From contig JBBCGO010000001.1 in assembly GCA_037200925.1 (NCBI GenBank), positions 9,552-73,551 of the forward strand: a DNA stretch of 64,000 bases. The letters are read 5' to 3'. The position numbers were made by a program, and so were the translations under genes. The notes under the pieces are model-generated. The model made no database searches. It was not told the origin of the DNA and saw only the letters and a program-made list of their open reading frames with translations. Positions within the stretch are counted from its first letter, which is position 1; each line of letters starts with the position of its first letter. Positions 10,039 through 18,370 of this stretch are shown here, in pieces. This DNA comes from Candidatus Doudnabacteria bacterium (GTDB lineage Bacteria; Patescibacteriota; Doudnabacteria; UBA920; O2-02-FULL-48-8).

Positions 10039-10067
10039 TTGACAGAATCGTCATATTCATGTATACT
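10039..10067 (+). promoter_or_regulatory. consensus sigma70 promoter (TTGACA, 17 nt, TATACT) driving the island secreted-protein gene through a 130-nt leader
   Basis: Hexamers and spacing read directly. An AGGAGGGG RBS lies before the ATG at 10197. Confidence 0.55.
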
Positions 10068-10196
10068 ATTTTGTTAACAATTTAAAGCCGATATTTCAGT
10101 ATAAAAAGTGAGGCTCAAGGTTTGGAGGGCTCCAAGCTTTAAGCGTCGCTTCTTGTATTCCACAAGTAAGCACATAACAACCCTCAGGAGGGGCTT

Positions 10197-11474
10197 ATGA
10201 AAATCGTTATGGCAGTAATGGCTGCTCTCTTCTTGGGGGGCGTGACCAAAGCCGAAGCTCAAGTTCGTGCACCGACGCCGGGACTCATTGCGTGTGATCC
10301 CAGCACCATCCCCGCGATGAATAAAGGATACCCAGTCTGGGGCCCTGCCGGAGCGGGTGTGTCGCCAGTCATGCCGGAAGTTCTGGATGAAGTTCGCAAA
10401 GGGCGAAATCCGCTGCAAGTCGTGGCGGAGGCGATCAAGCGCGACAGAAATCGCGACCGGATCAGTATGTTTAACCGCATCCAGGCATTCACGCCGCCGG
10501 ACACGCTCATGGGGGAAATCCCCGAACTGCCGCGAGAGTTTCAGGAAGCATTCGAAAAAGCTGTTCGGGTTGAAAATCTCGAAGAGTCTACAATCGAGTG
10601 CGGCGACCTGATTCACTACGTGACGTCTGCAGCTCCTGATCGGACTGAAGGAAACAAGGCAATCGCCCAGATCCATATCCTGCCGGCACATGTGCTGGGC
10701 TGGTGTGAACAGGGAGTTGTCGGTCCGAACGGCAAATGTGCCGTCCGCGTTGTGCAGACCAAAACGCTGATCAGCCTGACCAGCGGGGTCAACAATGGGA
10801 GCGCGTATCGCTTCCAGATGATCCTGAACTGCGGGAACCCCAACGCGAAGTTGGAAGTTCCCAATGTCGTAACCGAAGTTCCCGCTCTAATGCCGCCTCC
10901 GGACGCACCTGCTGCACCGCCAAAGGAATCGACGGCACAGGAACAACCGAAACCCGAACCAATCTATTACGAGGTTTGGGGCCGGAAGGTTTTCGAAAGA
11001 TCAGATCACAAACGCCTCGGAATAAGGGACGTTTCGGACCTGGTCTGGTCGATTCACCTGTCGGCATACGACCGCAACGGTCTGCGCTACGACGCCTATC
11101 CCCAATACTACGACGACCGGGGATTCGTATTCAGCTACTGGGTGTTGCGAGATGCCCTGCCGCTGACAGTCTCTGAAGATCCTGCGACCGAGCTTGCAGG
11201 ATTCAGTGATAAAACCGAGAAACTGAAGATTAATTTAAGGGAAGAATCCTACAAGTTGATCCAAGTTCCTGCCGAGCCTGAGTACATTAACCGGGCCAAG
11301 GACATCCACACGCTGTGGATTCCCTGCATCACAGGCAAGCACAACAAGTGGGCCTGCGCAGCCATACTTGGCGTCGGTGCCGCCTTCATACCAAGAGGGC
11401 ACGGTCAAGCGGCAACGGCGACTTCGTCACCCGAGCAGCCTGTGAAAACAGGAAGCCCGGGCCCGCGGCCGTAA
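10197..11474 (+). CDS. secreted hypothetical protein (in GC-rich island)
   Basis: 425-aa ORF with a signal peptide (MKIVMAVMAALFLGGVTKAEA), a Pro-rich linker, and no recognisable domain. High GC produces many spurious overlapping ORFs on both strands. Confidence 0.55.
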   Translation: MKIVMAVMAALFLGGVTKAEAQVRAPTPGLIACDPSTIPAMNKGYPVWGPAGAGVSPVMPEVLDEVRKGRNPLQVVAEAIKRDRNRDRISMFNRIQAFTPPDTLMGEIPELPREFQEAFEKAVRVENLEESTIECGDLIHYVTSAAPDRTEGNKAIAQIHILPAHVLGWCEQGVVGPNGKCAVRVVQTKTLISLTSGVNNGSAYRFQMILNCGNPNAKLEVPNVVTEVPALMPPPDAPAAPPKESTAQEQPKPEPIYYEVWGRKVFERSDHKRLGIRDVSDLVWSIHLSAYDRNGLRYDAYPQYYDDRGFVFSYWVLRDALPLTVSEDPATELAGFSDKTEKLKINLREESYKLIQVPAEPEYINRAKDIHTLWIPCITGKHNKWACAAILGVGAAFIPRGHGQAATATSSPEQPVKTGSPGPRP

Positions 11475-11488
11475 CGATACATTTTTTT

Positions 11489-11524
11489 GGGGCAGACGAT
11501 CTATCGATCGCCTGCCCACCTTTT
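11489..11524 (+). terminator. stem-loop terminator at the right edge of the GC-rich island
   Basis: GGGGCAGACGATC..GATCGCCTGCCC hairpin followed by ACCTTTTCTC. Confidence 0.45.
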
Positions 11525-11583
11525 CTCAAGTGATTAGTAAGCAAACTCTTTGTTTACTGATTATTTTATAAACAGGAGATCAT

Positions 11584-14500
11584 ATGAATTTAATCAAACA
11601 TCTTTCGCAATCAAAGGTCCTTCGTGTCATAGGGCTGGCTTTGATATTGGTTTCGGTTTTTTCTCTTCAAGTTTTGGTTAAAGCCGATACCGGTTCAGGG
11701 GACCATGATTTCCTGGTCAGAGTTTTTGATGGCGATCCGGTAAATGATAACAAGGTCCCGGGCGCCACAGTTCAACTGATCGGCGGAGTTAATGACGGGT
11801 TGTCAGGCGTTACTGACGGCGCCGGAAATATCCTTTTTCACGTGACCGAAGGCCAGTTTACCACAAGAATTTCCCATCCGAATTATAACACTCAGGATTT
11901 TTCGATCATTATTGATATGCCGAGCGGACAGCTGGATGCTTCTTTGACTGCTAATACTCCACCTACACCTCCGACTCCTCCTACACCGCCAACGCCTCCT
12001 ACACCTCCGACTCCTCCTACACCGCCAACCCCTCCCACTCCACCCACACCTCCGACTCCTCCTACACCGCCAACCCCTCCTACACCTGGAGCAGACAGGG
12101 ATTTCCTGGTCAGGGTTTTTAACGGCGATCCGATCAATGATAACAAGATCCCGGGCGCCACTATTTTGTTGATCGGCGGAGCTGATAATGGTCTGTCAGG
12201 AGTGACCGACGGCGCTGGAAATTTTCTTTTCCATGTCCACGCCGGCCAGTTTACGGCAAGAATTTCCCATCCGGATTTTAACACCCAGGATTTCTCGATC
12301 ATTATAGACATGCCGAGCGGCCAGCTGGATGCTTCTATGATTTCTAAAACCACCGCTCCGCCTTCAGGACCTCCTTCAGGCGGCGTCTGTACTCCGACAC
12401 CTCCGGATGGCCGTCCATTGCTGAACGTCTGGCCTATTTCCACGTCAGGAACTGATTGTACCGACTATCCTTTGCTTTCCGTAAAAAACGTTACGCGAGG
12501 CGGCGGATATGTCTCAGGCGGCAATGTAACTGCATCCAATGGGGATACGCTTCGTGTTGAACTGTATGTTCATAACGGCGTTATCGATCTTCCAGAAAAC
12601 ATCGCACGTAATGTAATGGTTAGCGCGAATGTTCCGGGTTCAGTCGGCTCTGCCACTATTACTGCCCAAGCATGGGCCGACAATGCCGACTTGGTAAACA
12701 GCGGACAAAAAGGCGGAAATGTTACCGTCAATATGGCGGGCAACGAGTCATTGTCATATATTTCCGGTTCAACTACGCTTTATGATCGTGGTCCATCCAA
12801 TGCCCGCGGCGTCAGTGATGGAATTGTTGGCAGCGGGATTAATATTGACCCAGCGATGCACGGCTGTTTTCCATTTTTACACTTTGTTACATTTGACCTG
12901 CGGGTAAACGCTTCATCTACACCCACTCCTACACCAACTCCAACCCCCACACCGACTCCTACTCCAACCCCGACGCCTACACCTACGCCAACACCGACCC
13001 CGACTCCTGGCCAGGGAACTATTAGTTTTACAAAGCTGGTACGGAACGTAACGCAAGGACAAACTGTTTTTGCTAACTCTACTTCTGCTAATCCGAATGA
13101 TCAGGTGGAGTTTCAAATGAAAGTTACGGATTCAGCTGCAGGCCCGGTTAATAATGTTGTCTTCACGGATACTCTGCCTAGCCGTCTTAATCTGGTCAGC
13201 GGTTCGTTTACGATCGATGGAGTACCCAGCGGCAGTAATTTGAACGCGATCGGTTTGGGCTCTCTGAGCGCCAGCCAGACCAGAACCATGGTCATCCGCG
13301 CCACTGTTTCCGACAGTTCGCAATTCAGTACAGGCGGTACGGTTTTGACGAACTCAGCTCAAGTGACATCTTCCAGCAATTCAGCAAACGCCTCAGCTTC
13401 AGTTACCGTAAATATCGGCCAAAATAATAATACGAACCTGGCCATTGTTAAAACTGTCCGCAACACAAGCCAGGGCCAGTTCTCATTCGTCAAATCCGTC
13501 TCTGCCAATCAGGGAGATAACGTCCAGTTCCAAATCCAGGTAACCGCCAGCGGAAACATCGCGGCACAAAACGTCACAGTCACAGACAGTTTGCCTAGCG
13601 GATTTAATTTGACCTCTGGAACAACGACTTTCAACCTTGGAACTATGAATCCGGGTTCAACACAGACTGTAACCTTAACCGGCACGGTCAATCTCAACAA
13701 TATCTGCGGAACGACTATTTTGACCAACACCGCACAAGTAACGTCTTCTAATGCCGGTTCTGCAACGGATTTCGCCACAGTGTCTGTGGTCGGAAATAAT
13801 TGCGGCGGGCCTTCGTCCCCAAGCTTGAGCTTGATCAAACTGGTAAGAAACCTGTCTACTAATACGGGCTTTTCTAATACCGCAAGCGCCTCAACCGGGA
13901 ACCAGGTCCAATTCCAACTGGTCATGTCGAATAATAATTCCTCAAGCGTCGCCTCGAATGTCCGGGTCACTGACAGCCTGCCGTTTGGATTATCTTATGT
14001 CCCGGGAAGCTTTCAGATCGACAACGGAGTATCGTTCGGAAATCTGTTCGGCGGCAGCCAGTTTGTGGGAAACCTCTCGTTCGGTCAATCGCGTACGATA
14101 TTGTTCACTGCGATTGTCACTAATTCAGGAAATCAAACCTTGGTCAACCAGGCTACTGCTTCGGCGGACAACACAAATTCGGTCAATGCACAGGCAACCG
14201 TGTTCGTCTCATCTGTTCTGGGCAGCAACGTCAACCTCATCCTTTCCAAACAGGCGTTTAACCAGACGAGAAACGCGGATGCAACGACAATCGCTGCAAA
14301 TTCCGGTGATATCATTGTCTACACTTTGTCAGCTCAAAACACGGGCAACAGTGCGGCTACAAATTACACCTTCCAGGATGATCTGTCAGATGTGCTGCAA
14401 TTATCCCAGATCCAGTCTTTGGGTGACGCTTCTCTCAACGGTACCAATATGACCTGGCAGCCTGTAACAATTCCTGCCGGAAGCATCGTGACAAAGACTT

Positions 14501-14751
14501 TCAGCGTGAGGGTCAATTCCACCTTTGCTGCGGGAACTGACAATGTCATGACCAACGTATTCGGAAACACTATCAACGTACCGGTAAACAAGCCGACAGT
14601 TTTGGGAGTATTCACTTCACCAAAAACCGGCGCCACCAGCACCTTGGTCTACATCTTATCCTTTATGACAGTTCTGGGTTTTGTCGGATACAAAAAGAAA
14701 GACCAAATTTTGCCCGTTTTTAACTCTCTAATCCCACGCAATAATGTCTAA
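11584..14751 (+). CDS. large cell-wall-anchored surface protein: duplicated N-terminal module, (PPT)n and (TP)n linkers, multiple DUF11 repeat domains, C-terminal SPKTG sorting signal
   Basis: Signal peptide. A 115-aa module is repeated twice and separated by a PTPPTPP tract. DUF11-type repeats (LVRNV..GQ..F...A.PND.V.FQ..VT....LP..L....GS..IDG) follow. The C-terminus (TSPKTGATSTLVYILSFMTVLGFVGYKKKDQ) is a sortase-type signal. AGGAG RBS. Confidence 0.8.
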   Translation: MNLIKHLSQSKVLRVIGLALILVSVFSLQVLVKADTGSGDHDFLVRVFDGDPVNDNKVPGATVQLIGGVNDGLSGVTDGAGNILFHVTEGQFTTRISHPNYNTQDFSIIIDMPSGQLDASLTANTPPTPPTPPTPPTPPTPPTPPTPPTPPTPPTPPTPPTPPTPPTPGADRDFLVRVFNGDPINDNKIPGATILLIGGADNGLSGVTDGAGNFLFHVHAGQFTARISHPDFNTQDFSIIIDMPSGQLDASMISKTTAPPSGPPSGGVCTPTPPDGRPLLNVWPISTSGTDCTDYPLLSVKNVTRGGGYVSGGNVTASNGDTLRVELYVHNGVIDLPENIARNVMVSANVPGSVGSATITAQAWADNADLVNSGQKGGNVTVNMAGNESLSYISGSTTLYDRGPSNARGVSDGIVGSGINIDPAMHGCFPFLHFVTFDLRVNASSTPTPTPTPTPTPTPTPTPTPTPTPTPTPTPGQGTISFTKLVRNVTQGQTVFANSTSANPNDQVEFQMKVTDSAAGPVNNVVFTDTLPSRLNLVSGSFTIDGVPSGSNLNAIGLGSLSASQTRTMVIRATVSDSSQFSTGGTVLTNSAQVTSSSNSANASASVTVNIGQNNNTNLAIVKTVRNTSQGQFSFVKSVSANQGDNVQFQIQVTASGNIAAQNVTVTDSLPSGFNLTSGTTTFNLGTMNPGSTQTVTLTGTVNLNNICGTTILTNTAQVTSSNAGSATDFATVSVVGNNCGGPSSPSLSLIKLVRNLSTNTGFSNTASASTGNQVQFQLVMSNNNSSSVASNVRVTDSLPFGLSYVPGSFQIDNGVSFGNLFGGSQFVGNLSFGQSRTILFTAIVTNSGNQTLVNQATASADNTNSVNAQATVFVSSVLGSNVNLILSKQAFNQTRNADATTIAANSGDIIVYTLSAQNTGNSAATNYTFQDDLSDVLQLSQIQSLGDASLNGTNMTWQPVTIPAGSIVTKTFSVRVNSTFAAGTDNVMTNVFGNTINVPVNKPTVLGVFTSPKTGATSTLVYILSFMTVLGFVGYKKKDQILPVFNSLIPRNNV

Positions 14752-15370
14752 ACGCCCGTTCATCGCCCTGATCGCTTTGCTGGTGATCTTAGGTCTTGTG
14801 ATCTGGGCCGCTAACCGCAAGAGTAAAAATCCCGCGCAGGAAGCCGCAACGCCTCTGCTTTCGGTTTATGCGTACAATCAAACCAAAAGCCTTCCGGCCA
14901 ACCGGACCGCTGCCTCGCCGAATGATGTCATAGTTTATACCCTGAGCGCTGAAAACCAGACCGATCAGGTTGTTTCCGGATACATCATAGAAGCGAACGT
15001 TGCTCAAGTCACTGATAAATCCACTTTAATTGATGCGACAGGCGCTGGCTATAATTCGGCCACCAATTCACTGGTCTGGACGCCGCTGGATATTCCGGCA
15101 AACGGAGTGATCCAAAAACAATTCAGCGTGCGCGTCAATTCCATACCCTCGGGAGGCTCGGATACCGTGATGCGGATAAAATTCAATAATGAAATGGTTG
15201 TTTCGATCCAATCAGTATCCACGGGCCAGCGCGTTGCCGGTGCCAATACCAGCAACAGCCCGTATAAAGCTCCGGTTACTGGTCCTGCTGAGGATCTGGG
15301 CTTGTGGCTGGCCGGTATTGCAACAGTTTCATTTTTTGGAATCAAAAAATATCGAACAAATAAAGTCTAG
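14744..15370 (+). CDS. DUF11-domain cell-wall-anchored protein (APVTG sorting signal)
   Basis: N-terminal signal anchor. Its domain is paralogous to the C-terminal domain of the preceding protein (DVIVYTLSAENQT.. versus DIIVYTLSAQNTG..). The C-terminus is APVTGPAEDLGLWLAGIATVSFFGIKKYRTNKV. Confidence 0.65.
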   Translation: MSKRPFIALIALLVILGLVIWAANRKSKNPAQEAATPLLSVYAYNQTKSLPANRTAASPNDVIVYTLSAENQTDQVVSGYIIEANVAQVTDKSTLIDATGAGYNSATNSLVWTPLDIPANGVIQKQFSVRVNSIPSGGSDTVMRIKFNNEMVVSIQSVSTGQRVAGANTSNSPYKAPVTGPAEDLGLWLAGIATVSFFGIKKYRTNKV

Positions 15371-15382
15371 TGAATTTTTAAC

Positions 15383-15414
15383 AGCACTCTGGGGATAACT
15401 CAGAGTGCTGTTTT
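15383..15414 (+). terminator. rho-independent terminator
   Basis: CAGCACTCTG..CAGAGTGCTG 10-bp stem followed by TTTT. Confidence 0.7.
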
Positions 15415-15542
15415 AAAATGCTCGGAACAAACCGCAGACTTGCCCATGTTTTTTTTGTTATCTATGATTAAGAAAAGCGGAAAACAAACATGCAAACAAA
15501 AAACCGCAAAACTTTGCCGGTTTTTTGTTTAACCCTCAATTC

Positions 15543-16562
15543 ATGGATAATAAGAAGCAGATCTTAGTGACCGGCGGTGCCGGATATATCGGTTCCCATA
15601 CAGTGAAGCTTTTACAGGAGCGGGGATTTGATGTTTTGATACTGGACAATCTTTCGACCGGCCATGCGTCAAGCGTCTCATGCCCTCTGATCGTAGGCGA
15701 TCTTAATGACAAGGATCTGCTGAAAAAGATATTTTCGGAATTTGAGATTGAAGCGGTAATGCATTTTGCCGCGTCGCTGATCGTTGAAGAATCCGTGCTG
15801 TTCCCGGGAAAGTATTTTGAGAACAATGTGGTCAACGGATTGAATCTGCTTGACGCCATGATTGCCGCGAAGGTCGAAAAGATAATTTTTTCTTCGACCG
15901 CTGCTGTTTATGGTGAACCTCATTATGAGCGCATTGACGAGGACCATCCCAGACTGCCTCTGAATCCTTACGGTGAAAGCAAATTAATTTTTGAAAAGAT
16001 CCTTAAGTGGTTTTCCCAGGCGTACGGGCTATCTTCGGTTTCGCTGCGCTACTTCAATGCCGGCGGAGCATCAACTGATGCGTCCTTGGGCGAGGACAAG
16101 GCCGTGGTCACGCATCTGATCCCGCAGGTTTTACGCGTGGCGGCAAGACAGCAGGAAACGCTTAAGATCAACGGCAATGATTACGCAACTCCTGACGGCA
16201 CCTGCATCCGTGATTATATCCATGTGCTTGACCTGGCAAATGCCCATCTGCTGGCTCTGGATAAATTAAATGACGATGCGGGCGTATTCGCCTACAATGT
16301 CGGGACAGGCATGGGGCACTCGGTCAACGAGGTAGTCACCGCGGCCATGGAAATTACCGGCAAGATGATCCCGATCGAATACGGACCCAGACGCGCGGGG
16401 GATCCGGCAGCTCTTGTTGCGGATGTGGAGAAAATTAAGCGGGAACTCGGATTCAATCCGGAACATTCCGATCTGAATACTATCATAAGAACAGCCTGGG
16501 CCTGGCACCAAAAATTGCTCGAGAGGCAGAGAAACAAAATTTTAGAGGAAATGCAAAATTGA
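15543..16562 (+). CDS. galE: UDP-glucose 4-epimerase
   Basis: ILVTGGAGYIGSH Rossmann motif and a GalE-like SDR body including a YGESK catalytic region. Start chosen at the ATG after the upstream hairpin. Confidence 0.85.
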   Translation: MDNKKQILVTGGAGYIGSHTVKLLQERGFDVLILDNLSTGHASSVSCPLIVGDLNDKDLLKKIFSEFEIEAVMHFAASLIVEESVLFPGKYFENNVVNGLNLLDAMIAAKVEKIIFSSTAAVYGEPHYERIDEDHPRLPLNPYGESKLIFEKILKWFSQAYGLSSVSLRYFNAGGASTDASLGEDKAVVTHLIPQVLRVAARQQETLKINGNDYATPDGTCIRDYIHVLDLANAHLLALDKLNDDAGVFAYNVGTGMGHSVNEVVTAAMEITGKMIPIEYGPRRAGDPAALVADVEKIKRELGFNPEHSDLNTIIRTAWAWHQKLLERQRNKILEEMQN

Positions 16563-16612
16563 AACTTCCAAAAATCGCCAATGGGGCGGTTTTTTGGTAT
16601 GCTTAGTTTAAG

Positions 16613-17593
16613 ATGAAAGAAATATTTCCTTATAAAAAATCAATTGACTCGAAAGTAGTAAAAGCTGCGTCTGAAATTCTCGGCGTTCCTGTTATTTCTT
16701 CAAGCAGATTGAAAGGGGGCGTGGTTAATTATGTCTATAAATTAAAAACAGCTGAACGTACAGTTGTGGTCAAGGTTTTTCGGAATCGTTTTTGGCCCGA
16801 AGACGGCAAATTGCAATGGATAGAAAAGCAGTTCGCCAAGCATAAGGTCCCGCATGCAAAGATGATCTATTACAGCAGAAATAATAAATATTTTCTGTTC
16901 GGGTTGATGATATCAGAATATGTAGCCGGACTGAATGCAATGGAAGCGGTTAAAAAAGGCGTCCATACAATGGCTGATTCTTATAAAGCCACGGGCAATC
17001 TTTTGAAAAGGGTTCATAAGATAAAGTTAAAAAAATTCGGGCAGATAAATTACGGGAAAGGCACAGACAGTAATTTTATAAATCGTGAGCTAAAAAAAGC
17101 GACAGGACTGATCGAAAAGCTGATACATCATAAGAATCTTAAACACGAAATTCTTAATAAATTTATTTCAGCCGTGAGAAATGGACTCGAACCGTTCAAA
17201 AAGAGATTTAAACCGGTGCTGATCCATGGCGATGCAACCCGTGATAATTCTATTTTGGCTAATAACGGTGAATTTATTCTTATAGACTGGGATAATGCCA
17301 AGTCAAATATCGCGCTGTGGGATTATTTTGTTTTGACGTCGTGGTGGCCGATCGGACCAGAGTTTAAAAATCCCGCAAAAAAGAAAGAGTTAAAGCAGGC
17401 ATTTTTTGACGGTTACGGGAGATCTGGGTTTACGAATGATGAAATTGAACATATTGAGCCAGCAATCCATCTCCTGATATATGCAGCAGTTATGGACTTT
17501 TTTTTATTTAACAAAAAAGATTATAAAAGTTTCGGCCAAACCCGCAAGCAGTTTGAGCATATTATTAGGAAAATTAAAATCAAAAATTTGTAA
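16613..17593 (+). CDS. aminoglycoside/choline-kinase-like phosphotransferase (APH family)
   Basis: Motifs LIHGDATRDNSIL and ILIDWDNA (Brenner and DxD motifs of APH/ChoK kinases). Confidence 0.65.
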   Translation: MKEIFPYKKSIDSKVVKAASEILGVPVISSSRLKGGVVNYVYKLKTAERTVVVKVFRNRFWPEDGKLQWIEKQFAKHKVPHAKMIYYSRNNKYFLFGLMISEYVAGLNAMEAVKKGVHTMADSYKATGNLLKRVHKIKLKKFGQINYGKGTDSNFINRELKKATGLIEKLIHHKNLKHEILNKFISAVRNGLEPFKKRFKPVLIHGDATRDNSILANNGEFILIDWDNAKSNIALWDYFVLTSWWPIGPEFKNPAKKKELKQAFFDGYGRSGFTNDEIEHIEPAIHLLIYAAVMDFFLFNKKDYKSFGQTRKQFEHIIRKIKIKNL

Positions 17594-17644
17594 AATCAAG
17601 GCAAATTTGGTATAATTTGTTTGAAATATTCTCATTAAAACACA

Positions 17645-18370
17645 ATGATAAAACTTTCAGTCGTGATTCCGGCCTACAATGAGGAACACCGCATTGCGCG
17701 AACATTGCTCGATGTTGACGGCTATCTGGAAAAACAAAACTATGAGTACGAAATCATCGTCGTAGACAACAATAGTAACGATAAGACATCCGAAATCGTT
17801 AAAAATCTGGAGAGCACATCCGTTCAGAATGCCCGCGTGATCACGGAAACCATAAAAGGCAAGGGTGCTGCTGTGCGGCGCGGTATCTTTGACTCAAAAG
17901 GCGAGTTCACCGTATTCATGGATGCGGATAACGCGACCCCGATCCGAGAGATCGAAAAATTCTGGCCCTATCTTGAGTCGGGGATAGAAGTTGTGATCGG
18001 TTCGCGCTACCAGGACCCGTCAAGCGTCAAGATCAAGCAGCCTTTCTATAAAGTTCTTTTGTCGCGCGCAAGCAACATTTTGATCCAGATCGTGCTCATA
18101 CCCCACATCAAAGACACGCAGTGCGGCTTCAAGGCTTTCAAGACCTCGGCGGCAAAAGAGATCTTCAAAAATTTGACCATCTTCGGCTGGGCATTCGACA
18201 TGGAATTGCTTGCCATAGCTCTAAGATTGAGTTATAGAATAAAGGAAGTGCCGGTTTCGTGGGAAGAACACGGCGGCAGCCACGTTCCCCTTAAAGCCTA
18301 TCTGCAATCTTTGGTTGATCTGTTCAGAATAAAATGGAAAGCCTTAACCGGAAAATATTCGGGTAAATGA
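17645..18370 (+). CDS. family 2 glycosyltransferase (dolichol-phosphate mannosyltransferase-like)
   Basis: LSVVIPAYNEE.., VVDNNSNDKT and DAD motifs of GT2. An extended -10 (TGGTATAAT) lies upstream. Confidence 0.8.
   Translation: MIKLSVVIPAYNEEHRIARTLLDVDGYLEKQNYEYEIIVVDNNSNDKTSEIVKNLESTSVQNARVITETIKGKGAAVRRGIFDSKGEFTVFMDADNATPIREIEKFWPYLESGIEVVIGSRYQDPSSVKIKQPFYKVLLSRASNILIQIVLIPHIKDTQCGFKAFKTSAAKEIFKNLTIFGWAFDMELLAIALRLSYRIKEVPVSWEEHGGSHVPLKAYLQSLVDLFRIKWKALTGKYSGK

Noticed and set aside
10074-11176. Multiple ORFs of 80-200 aa on both strands inside the GC-rich island (for example 10074..10691 -, 10736..11176 +, 10789..11067 -)
   Set aside because: High GC suppresses stop codons. These frames give Arg/Pro/Gly-rich nonsense and overlap the signal-peptide-bearing 10197..11474 frame.
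11892-12443. Minus-strand ORF encoding (GVGG)n
   Set aside because: It is the antisense reading of the PTPPTPP linker of the surface-protein gene.
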